From an uncultured virus (IMG/VR IMGVR_UViG_3300042887_003526) (Duplodnaviria; Heunggongvirae; Uroviricota; Caudoviricetes): 64,000 bases of DNA. The translations under genes and the position numbers were made by a program. Each line of letters begins with the position of its first letter. The stretch's first letter is position 1. The notes beneath the pieces are model-generated. The model had not been told where the DNA came from. It searched no databases and saw only the letters and a program-made list of their open reading frames with translations. This document shows positions 57,894 to 64,000 of the stretch, in pieces. The stretch is from IMG/VR virus record IMGVR_UViG_3300042887_003526. The stretch is one strand, 5' to 3'.

Positions 57894-57965
57894 AACTTAT
57901 CCTTCCCCGAAGATCTCCTTCGGACTAAAAAGTAACGGTGGGAACTCCCCACCACATTACAACAG

Positions 57966-57994
57966 AGTTTACCATAATCTAAATATACAGTCAA
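57966..57994 (-). promoter_or_regulatory. sigma70-type promoter for gp32 (TTGACT-17bp-TAAACT, extended TG)
   Basis: Minus strand ttgact gtatatttagattatgg taaact. Confidence 0.65.
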
Positions 57995-58221
57995 GAGAAA
58001 GGTAAAACATTTTTACTTTTTCGTAAAATGTTTAACTCTTGCCCTTCTTGTTTTAGTTTTTCTAAAACGGGTTGTGTTAATAGTTTTTGTGCCACCGTAA
58101 TATCCAAAGAATGTTCCTCCAAAACGGCAATTACTGCATCAATATATGAGGTGTTTTTATTCTTTGCTATTTTATTTTCTACTTTTTTAGAAAAGTCTTC
58201 TTTTGTTATTTCTAGGATCAT
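57991..58221 (-). CDS. gp33: late transcription co-activator gp33
   Basis: FS..VE......SYIDAV......, L....L.EKL..E...LN.L......LP; upstream of gp32. Confidence 0.88.
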   Translation of the reverse strand: MILEITKEDFSKKVENKIAKNKNTSYIDAVIAVLEEHSLDITVAQKLLTQPVLEKLKQEGQELNILRKSKNVLPFS

Positions 58222-58228
58222 GTTTGAA

Positions 58229-58256
58229 ATTATAGCACCTTTGGGTGGATTGTAAA
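58229..58256 (-). promoter_or_regulatory. sigma70-type promoter for gp33 (TTTACA-16bp-TATAAT, extended TG), ATG 7 nt downstream
   Basis: Minus strand tttaca atccacccaaaggtgc tataat ttcaaac ATG. Confidence 0.65.
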
Positions 58257-58297
58257 GCTATTTATTTACATTATATATAGTTTAAGAAGGAAAATTT

Positions 58298-59566
58298 ATG
58301 CCAGATACAGGATCAAATATTCTTATAACGACCAATGACAATACAGCAGTTATTGCAACAGACTATGGAACAAGCGGAACTGGTTTTACTGGAGCCCATG
58401 TTCAAATTTTTAAATTATCTTATGGTACAGATAGCACCACCCAACGAGTAGGTACGTCTGCACCGCTTCCCGTATCAATTTACGGAGTAACTGGAGCGAC
58501 TTTACCAATAAGTGGTTCTGTCTCCGGTTCCGGTAATTTTAATGTAGTCAATTCCTCTTCTACGGGAAGTTACCTATTGGTCGGTGGTTCTACATGGGCA
58601 ACGGTTCCTGTTGGCATTAGCGGAACTATCCAAGGTGTTAGTGGAGGATATCCAGTAGGTATTACCGGAACAGTAAGCATTGCAAATTCAGGTATAGCAA
58701 TATATGGAATATCTGGCGCAACTGCTGTAGGTGTAACCGGAGGCAGAAGATTATCATATTCTAGCGATTCCGTTACAGTCTATGGAAATGTAGGAATAAG
58801 CGGGGGACTCGGTTTGGTTGCAGCAACCGATAGCATTGCAGTATATGGTTCTGATCTCGGAGGAAAGGTTCTGACTAGACTATACTCCTCAGACGGAACA
58901 ACATTAGGTGTATCGGGTGATGCACTAAAGGTAGCAATAACCAATGCAGGAATATCCTTCGGCGTAACAATAGCAGCAAGTGTTGGTATTACTAATGATG
59001 GTGTAGTTGGTCTGATGATTCGTGGTACAGGAAATACCGCATCTCATCCAGTAATTGTTAAAGGTACACTAGCAAGCGGCGCAATTGAAGTTACCGCTAC
59101 TAGCAATTTGCCAGTTGCTGTTCAAAATACCGTCACAATAGATGATACCGATCTAATTGATTCATTGGAATCTACATCTAAACCCATAGTTTCAAATCTG
59201 AGTAGCATCAAGACAAATACAAACGTCATTTCTACCATCAATGATAAACTCAGCAATGGAACCGTACAATCTAAGATTACTGAAATTGTAAGACCGGGTG
59301 TTGTTACTAGTGGTAAGAAGTCAGTAACAGAAACTCCAGTTTCCTTAACAACAGCATCAATTAGTGCAAAGGTAGGAGTACATGTAAAATGTCCAACTAC
59401 AAACACCAGTACAGTTTATATTGGTGGAAGAAATATACTCACATCACAAGCAGATGGATATCCACTTGATGCCGGCGAATCTATCTTTATAGAATGTGAC
59501 TTGGTATCAAGAATTTTTGCCCGATCAGAGAAAGGTACACAAATAGTACATTTCATAACATCATAA
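58298..59566 (+). CDS. Gly/Ser/Thr/Val-rich putative virion protein
   Basis: About 20 G-x-[ST] motifs in the first 250 aa (counted by eye); C-terminal N...VYIG...GYPL.AGES..I domain; TATATATA and AAGGA upstream. Confidence 0.55.
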   Translation: MPDTGSNILITTNDNTAVIATDYGTSGTGFTGAHVQIFKLSYGTDSTTQRVGTSAPLPVSIYGVTGATLPISGSVSGSGNFNVVNSSSTGSYLLVGGSTWATVPVGISGTIQGVSGGYPVGITGTVSIANSGIAIYGISGATAVGVTGGRRLSYSSDSVTVYGNVGISGGLGLVAATDSIAVYGSDLGGKVLTRLYSSDGTTLGVSGDALKVAITNAGISFGVTIAASVGITNDGVVGLMIRGTGNTASHPVIVKGTLASGAIEVTATSNLPVAVQNTVTIDDTDLIDSLESTSKPIVSNLSSIKTNTNVISTINDKLSNGTVQSKITEIVRPGVVTSGKKSVTETPVSLTTASISAKVGVHVKCPTTNTSTVYIGGRNILTSQADGYPLDAGESIFIECDLVSRIFARSEKGTQIVHFITS

Positions 59567-59567
59567 A

Positions 59568-60593
59568 ATGGCAAATTCGAACTATTCTAGATCAAGATCC
59601 ACTAAACAAAAACAAGGCAAGAATTTAGTTCTTGCTAGAAGTGGTCTATTATATGGTCTTACTTATGTAAAGGTAAAAGAAGAAAAGATAAGTTCAAACA
59701 GAGGAATCACATCCACACCTAATTTTTTGTTTTACGACAATAACACAAAGGTGATGATTGATTTTTCTGATTATAATAATACCACCAGTGCAGATGAATT
59801 GTATTCTTTTTGGAATCTGATAATAGATGGAATGACCTTCACAATCACAGATGGTGAGTTAATCAATCCCGCAAACAAACAACAATATGATGTTTCAGGA
59901 ACATATACATTCACATCAATTGAAAATTTAGTAGTATTTGCCGATGTTGTTTCGGTTGAAAGTATCTCAACAGGAATTCATTTATACAATAAAAACGATT
60001 TTTCAAATCTACCGACATTTACTTTAGCTACAATAATAGAACCAGAAAAAACAACACCACTAACATCTATAGTTAATAGCTTAGGAAAGAATACTAAAAA
60101 CTCTTTTAATTTTCTTGGAATAAAAGTTGGAGATTATGTTCAGTTACAATCCAAACAAAATAAATTTGAAATTGTAGATTATTCCCTAGATAGCGAAGGC
60201 AAAGAAGTAATAACAGTTTTCGGGGAGATAGCAGAAGAAGATAGAATATCTACTAAAACTTTTATTGGATTATATGTGGAAAAGAAAAACGAAAATACTG
60301 TTAGTGTTGATATAACCGATGAAAAAATAGGAGCATGTGAAGTTTTAGAAAATAATATTGTAATATCTTGCACAAGTAATAATACAGCATCACAATGTGA
60401 ATTAAGATCAACCACATCTCTTACTGCTAGATTCACAGAATCGAAAGCATGTACTACTGCAATAGAGGAAGAACAAACATCAACTGATTTGTTATCAACT
60501 ATTATAGATCAACAAAATACATTAATATCTAAAATGGATAGCAGAGTTCAAACCATATCTACTGCAAATTTCCAAAACATGCCGTTTAGATAA
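59568..60593 (+). CDS. hypothetical protein, probably structural, with one degenerate GAC Cys repeat
   Basis: 341-aa ORF coupled to the previous gene; IGAC.....C......QC......F.....C. Confidence 0.55.
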   Translation: MANSNYSRSRSTKQKQGKNLVLARSGLLYGLTYVKVKEEKISSNRGITSTPNFLFYDNNTKVMIDFSDYNNTTSADELYSFWNLIIDGMTFTITDGELINPANKQQYDVSGTYTFTSIENLVVFADVVSVESISTGIHLYNKNDFSNLPTFTLATIIEPEKTTPLTSIVNSLGKNTKNSFNFLGIKVGDYVQLQSKQNKFEIVDYSLDSEGKEVITVFGEIAEEDRISTKTFIGLYVEKKNENTVSVDITDEKIGACEVLENNIVISCTSNNTASQCELRSTTSLTARFTESKACTTAIEEEQTSTDLLSTIIDQQNTLISKMDSRVQTISTANFQNMPFR

Positions 60594-60594
60594 T

Positions 60595-60816
60595 CTATTT
60601 TAATTTTTTGGTTTTCTTAGGATTCAATTTATATTTTGATTTTAATAAATCTTTTAATTCATTAAGAGTCTCAATACAATCTACTAAAATACAAAGAGTT
60701 ACGGAGTCTTTGACAACTCCGTAACTCTTTATTATACAGCCGTTAAGTTTTTCTAAATCTCTTTTAGGCTTACCTTTGTAAAGATCAAAACTATAAGCAA
60801 ATGTTACTTCATACAT
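60595..60816 (-). CDS. small basic hypothetical protein
   Basis: 73-aa ORF preceded by ACTAAATA (60824-60831). Confidence 0.55.
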   Translation of the reverse strand: MYEVTFAYSFDLYKGKPKRDLEKLNGCIIKSYGVVKDSVTLCILVDCIETLNELKDLLKSKYKLNPKKTKKLK

Positions 60817-60834
60817 TTGCCTATATTTAGTTGT

Positions 60835-61128
60835 TTATCGCTTTACAGTGACCTTCTGCTCGGCGGCAGAGATACGCTCATGGAGCTTATCAAGTTCACG
60901 CCAAAGTGCTTCGGTGTCACGCTCCTCGTTTACTTCAGCAAGACGCTTTTCTGCACAAGACTTGGTTGCACATGCAAACTCCCAACAAACAACGGAAGTA
61001 ATGACTGCACAAGCAGCGAGAAGAGCAATGGCAATATTTGTGTTGCCATTATAAATTGCTGAAGCAGCAAGAATCGAAGAAATGACTGATGCTGTAGAAA
61101 CGGTAACAAACGCATTCTTATTAAACAT
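60835..61128 (-). CDS. small membrane protein (two hydrophobic segments plus charged coiled coil); start revised to 61128
   Basis: AGGAG RBS before MFNKNAF; the longer track start lies inside tRNA-Arg. Confidence 0.65.
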   Translation of the reverse strand: MFNKNAFVTVSTASVISSILAASAIYNGNTNIAIALLAACAVITSVVCWEFACATKSCAEKRLAEVNEERDTEALWRELDKLHERISAAEQKVTVKR

Positions 61129-61142
61129 AAAATCTCCTAAAG

Positions 61143-61216
61143 CGTTCCCGAGTGGACTCGAACCACTGACCATTCGCTTAGAAGGCGAATGCTCTATCCA
61201 ACTGAGCTACGGGAAC
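61143..61216 (-). tRNA. tRNA-Arg(TCT), CCA not encoded
   Basis: GTTCCCG TAGCTCAGTTGGATAGAGC A TTCGC CTTCTAA GCGAA TGGTC AGTGG TTCGAGT CCACT CGGGAAC G. Confidence 0.95.
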
Positions 61217-61227
61217 TCAACTCAGTT

Positions 61228-61255
61228 ATTATAACAGATAAACGCTATCTGTCAA
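61228..61255 (-). promoter_or_regulatory. consensus sigma70 promoter for tRNA-Arg (TTGACA-16bp-TATAAT, extended TG)
   Basis: Minus strand ttgaca gatagcgtttatctgt tataat. Confidence 0.75.
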
Positions 61256-61258
61256 GTC

Positions 61259-61579
61259 TTAAACTGTAAGTTTCAGGTTTGAACCACTGATCGGTTCAAC
61301 GACCTTCTTACCCGGAACAACTAGGCCATTCACTACTACTGTGGTGAAATGATCTTCTAGTTCCTTTTGGGCATTGAGGATAAACATAACATTCTTTGTT
61401 TCCAACAGAACGCCCTTGCTTGTGTCTGCGTATGGCATCCACTTAGCAAACATCAACTTGCCTTCTGGCGTTGGAATCAAAATGGTTGGATCCTTGATTT
61501 GATATCCACCATCAACTTCGGTAATGTTTCCAATAATCTCTTCACCACTCAACAGACGCACGATTTTTACATTGCTCAT
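61259..61579 (-). CDS. Sm-like domain protein
   Basis: VKIVRLLSGEEIIG...I.DP.......F..W.PY. Confidence 0.6.
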   Translation of the reverse strand: MSNVKIVRLLSGEEIIGNITEVDGGYQIKDPTILIPTPEGKLMFAKWMPYADTSKGVLLETKNVMFILNAQKELEDHFTTVVVNGLVVPGKKVVEPISGSNLKLTV

Positions 61580-61776
61580 AATTTATTTTCCTTTATACCA
61601 AATGTGGCATTCTTCCACATTCTTAACTGATCAACCCTAAAATGCATAATTCTACTGTCCGACAAAACAACACACCAAATATCATTCTCAAACGTGCCAC
61701 CATCTCTCACATAAATGGCATATCCATCTCCCATCGGTGTTATAACTGGAATTGGATTTTTAAATTCATAAATCAA
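61576..61776 (-). CDS. hypothetical protein
   Basis: 66 aa, PIPV.TP.G.GYAI.V...G...ND.W.V; overlaps next start (ATGA). Confidence 0.65.
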   Translation of the reverse strand: MIYEFKNPIPVITPMGDGYAIYVRDGGTFENDIWCVVLSDSRIMHFRVDQLRMWKNATFGIKENKL

Positions 61777-61798
61777 AACATCACCAAAAAGTTAATTG

Positions 61799-62023
61799 TT
61801 ACTTACAATCACATTTTCCGATAAATCTATCCCACAAAGAACACTTGGGTGGTTTTGCAATTGGCCAACAAATACCAATCAGATTATCTGCCAAGAAAGC
61901 AGCATTCTTTTCTTCTAATGCTCTTTCTCCTGCCTTTAACACTTCTTTTTCTGTTAAGAGCATAGGCACACATCTACCGTCAATTTCTATCTTTGTAAAA
62001 TATAATTTCTTTTCTGCAGCCAT
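61799..62023 (-). CDS. hypothetical protein
   Basis: 74-aa ORF with AAGGA RBS. Confidence 0.6.
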   Translation of the reverse strand: MAAEKKLYFTKIEIDGRCVPMLLTEKEVLKAGERALEEKNAAFLADNLIGICWPIAKPPKCSLWDRFIGKCDCK

Positions 62024-62035
62024 TATAGTTTCCTT

Positions 62036-62386
62036 TTATTTTAGTGTCAATAGGTATTTTGTCCTATTTAACGACGAAAGCATTTCATCTCTTATATTTA
62101 GAAGGTCGGTGTCTTGGGTCTGAAGTGTTATAGGTACTTCATTCATTAAGAAACCTATTGCTTCATCAATGACACGGACAGGCATACCTTCTTCGTAATT
62201 CTCTAAACTAAAATCAAACGGCTCATTTCTTCTACCATATTTTCCAAAATAAACTTCAACAAACTGATCTATGAGATCACTCAAAGAATCATAGAGTTTA
62301 CCTAAAGCCTTATGCTCGGCAAAACTTTTAGTCTGCCAGTGAAAGATTCTTATTTGTTCTTGATAATTTATTAATTGTGCTAACAT
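62036..62386 (-). CDS. DUF5856-like ferritin/Dps-like four-helix protein
   Basis: HWQT.SFAEHKALG.LYD.L..LID.FVE...G.YG; L.NIRDEM....N...YLLTL. Confidence 0.75.
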   Translation of the reverse strand: MLAQLINYQEQIRIFHWQTKSFAEHKALGKLYDSLSDLIDQFVEVYFGKYGRRNEPFDFSLENYEEGMPVRVIDEAIGFLMNEVPITLQTQDTDLLNIRDEMLSSLNRTKYLLTLK

Positions 62387-62397
62387 AGTGTTTTGAA

Positions 62398-62790
62398 TGG
62401 AGGCGGGGGGATTCGAACCCCCGTCTGATCATATTTATTTATACGAACGCTACACGGTTAGTCTTTGTTTGTGCAAGTAGGGGAATCAAAGACACTTCCT
62501 TACTACAGGTCGAGTTCAGTATGGGTTTCGGATTGTTTACTAACTCTTTCACAATCCTATCCGAATTGAGTCATGGAAAGTTATCGGAATACCTTTCCTA
62601 TGCTTTCTGACGGTCCTAGCCCGCATTAATAGCGTAATCGCTAGTACACTGTGCGCTGTTACTCAAGCAGCAATTGCCATATAGTTATTATTATTGGCAG
62701 TCGTGAGTTTGATTGCTTTTTACGAAGCCTGCAATCTTCTTCGCCGTGCTTTCTTATACTTAATTATGTCATCGATACCATTTCGCCCCC
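62398..62790 (-). ncRNA. ssrA: tmRNA (ssrA); tag frame 62698-62663 encodes ANNNNYMAIAA*
   Basis: 5' GGGGGCG pairs with 3' CGCCTCC-A with a G.U pair at position 3; T-arm GGGGG TTCGAAT CCCCC; ~393 nt; tag ends in AA-stop. Confidence 0.93.
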
Positions 62791-62791
62791 T

Positions 62792-63313
62792 TTAAATTTC
62801 TACTCTCATGGTATATTTTTTACCATTACGAGATGCTTTTGTGAGATGTTTGCTCTTTGGCAAAACCATTCCCATGTTTTCTTGGTGACCCATTGTGGCG
62901 CGAATATGACCAACTGGTTTTCTTATCCCGCGACCACTATGCCCATGCGCCCATACTGTTATGAATCCGCTCGGACTTGGATCTAGTCTTTCAACATGAT
63001 GTGTCTTCCCGGATGGAGTCACATACATCATAGAAGGTTCCATGTCGCCACCCCAATGGTGCTTCATCAAATATGCATCCGAAACAGAACCTTCTAAATC
63101 AGGAGAATCGGCATGCGACACAACAGCAATACTATCATCATTTTTTATGGAATCCATAATCGACTGATGGGTTTTACTTGCAATCTTCATTCTATTTTCC
63201 CTAGCAATTTCTCCGGCAGCTTGCTTCTGAGGATCTGCCTTTGGTCTTTGGTACTCATAGTTCCAATATTCGTTTAGTACTAGGTGTGTTAAAATATCTC
63301 TAAGAGTCTTCAT
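62792..63313 (-). CDS. late-expressed His-rich hypothetical protein, candidate internal head protein
   Basis: TATAAATA and AGGAG upstream; N-terminus MKTLRDIL...LNE. Confidence 0.65.
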   Translation of the reverse strand: MKTLRDILTHLVLNEYWNYEYQRPKADPQKQAAGEIARENRMKIASKTHQSIMDSIKNDDSIAVVSHADSPDLEGSVSDAYLMKHHWGGDMEPSMMYVTPSGKTHHVERLDPSPSGFITVWAHGHSGRGIRKPVGHIRATMGHQENMGMVLPKSKHLTKASRNGKKYTMRVEI

Positions 63314-63328
63314 GGTTTCTCCTAGAGA

Positions 63329-63336
63329 TATTTATA
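63329..63336 (-). promoter_or_regulatory. late promoter TATAAATA
   Basis: Exact consensus followed by AGGAG RBS. Confidence 0.75.
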
Positions 63337-63651
63337 TTAACTCATCGCTTTGAATTTGACACAGAAGAATCCTTCTGTCTGAAGTGGCACAACTGCCAAA
63401 TCGGTGATCTTTGGGAAAGATCTTTTTTCCCCCAAAAACACATCATTATTCATTACAAATGGGCCACCCTCAAAATCGATATATTCGACATCGGTTTCGT
63501 CGCCTCCTACACGATAATAATTACTCTTACCGAGCAGATAAAATGTGCCTTTTTCGACATTACATTCATAAACATCACGCTTGTCGCCGTAACGACTGCG
63601 GAAAGAATCAACGAGTGTGGTATTTTCGAGAATTTGTTCTAAGTTTTGCAT
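63337..63651 (-). CDS. hypothetical protein (start revised to 63651)
   Basis: SRYGD.R, YYRVG, YIDFEGGPF; the longer track start overlaps tRNA-Glu. Confidence 0.65.
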   Translation of the reverse strand: MQNLEQILENTTLVDSFRSRYGDKRDVYECNVEKGTFYLLGKSNYYRVGGDETDVEYIDFEGGPFVMNNDVFLGEKRSFPKITDLAVVPLQTEGFFCVKFKAMS

Positions 63652-63657
63652 GGTGAA

Positions 63658-63731
63658 TACACCCACGGGGACTCGAACCCCGACTCACCGCCTTGAAAGG
63701 GCGGGGATTTAACCAGTTAATCTATGGGTGC
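63658..63731 (-). tRNA. tRNA-Glu(TTC), CCA not encoded
   Basis: GCACCCA TAGATTAACTGGTTAAATC C CCGCC CTTTCAA GGCGG TGAGT CGGGG TTCGAGT CCCCG TGGGTGT A. Confidence 0.93.
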
Positions 63732-63741
63732 AGTTGTTTAT

Positions 63742-63999
63742 TTACTTGATCTTCTTACCAACGGCCTTACGCATCTTCCTCTTTGAAGGTGCAGGACGGG
63801 CATTTCCACCGACTACCTGATATGAAGTTTCCTTTGCAAAGAGTTTGGAAACATCAATCTTTGTCGGAATCGAAACTACCTTGGCCTTCACCTTCTTTGC
63901 AAAATGGCGATCCACGCGGTTAATTACGCCTGGGATCCCATAAAATACAATAGCTGTGACCAAGTAATTAGTTCCATGTGCAAGGGTGAGAGAAGGCAT
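63742..63999 (-). CDS. basic hypothetical protein (may start outside the window)
   Basis: Open frame reaching the window edge; Lys/Arg-rich C-terminus. Confidence 0.5.
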   Translation of the reverse strand: MPSLTLAHGTNYLVTAIVFYGIPGVINRVDRHFAKKVKAKVVSIPTKIDVSKLFAKETSYQVVGGNARPAPSKRKMRKAVGKKIK

Positions 64000-64000
64000 A

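Noticed and set aside
57894..58221. Absence of gp59 next to gp32, and of gp24 near gp23
   Set aside because: Gene order varies among T4-like phages and the genes may lie outside the window
61129..61173. Track N-terminal extension of 60835..61173 (likewise 63652..63666)
   Set aside because: Overlaps tRNA genes; downstream ATGs are more plausible
62651..62986. Plus-strand 111-aa ORF
   Set aside because: Antisense to the tmRNA and the late gene
1..64000. Stop-codon reassignment
   Set aside because: Core genes are full length under the standard code, TAA, TAG and TGA all occur as stops, and neither tRNA is a suppressor

Overview
This 64 kb AT-rich window is the morphogenesis core of a T4-like myophage with a gene order resembling cyanophage-type T4 relatives. 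Minus strand, from the window start: gp55 (truncated), an Sm-like protein, uvsW, uvsY, gp3, gp23, gp22, an extra basic protein, gp21, gp67/68-like, gp20, gp19, gp18, gp17, gp16, gp15, gp14 and gp13. A ~20 kb block of paralogous Cys-rich putative adhesins follows (collagen-like N-termini, GxCC repeats, 18 Ig/PKD-like repeats, three Lcl/DUF1566-like C-termini). Then come baseplate genes (gp8, gp7, gp6, gp25, a 1677-aa hub, gp53, gp48), a plus-strand gp4-gp54-gp26-gp51-tape-measure-like unit, gp32, gp33, and a small-gene region with tRNA-Arg(TCT), a tmRNA and tRNA-Glu(TTC). Most notable: (1) a G-x-[S/T] motif scattered through virion surface proteins (candidate modification/glycosylation sequon); (2) a predicted -1 frameshift fusing gp26 to gp51 upstream of the tape-measure-like gene; (3) the Cys-rich cassette-like adhesin family and Cys-decorated baseplate; (4) a phage tmRNA with tag ANNNNYMAIAA; (5) an RBS-sequestering hairpin containing the gp13 late promoter. 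All family calls come from motif recognition and synteny by eye; no searches were run.
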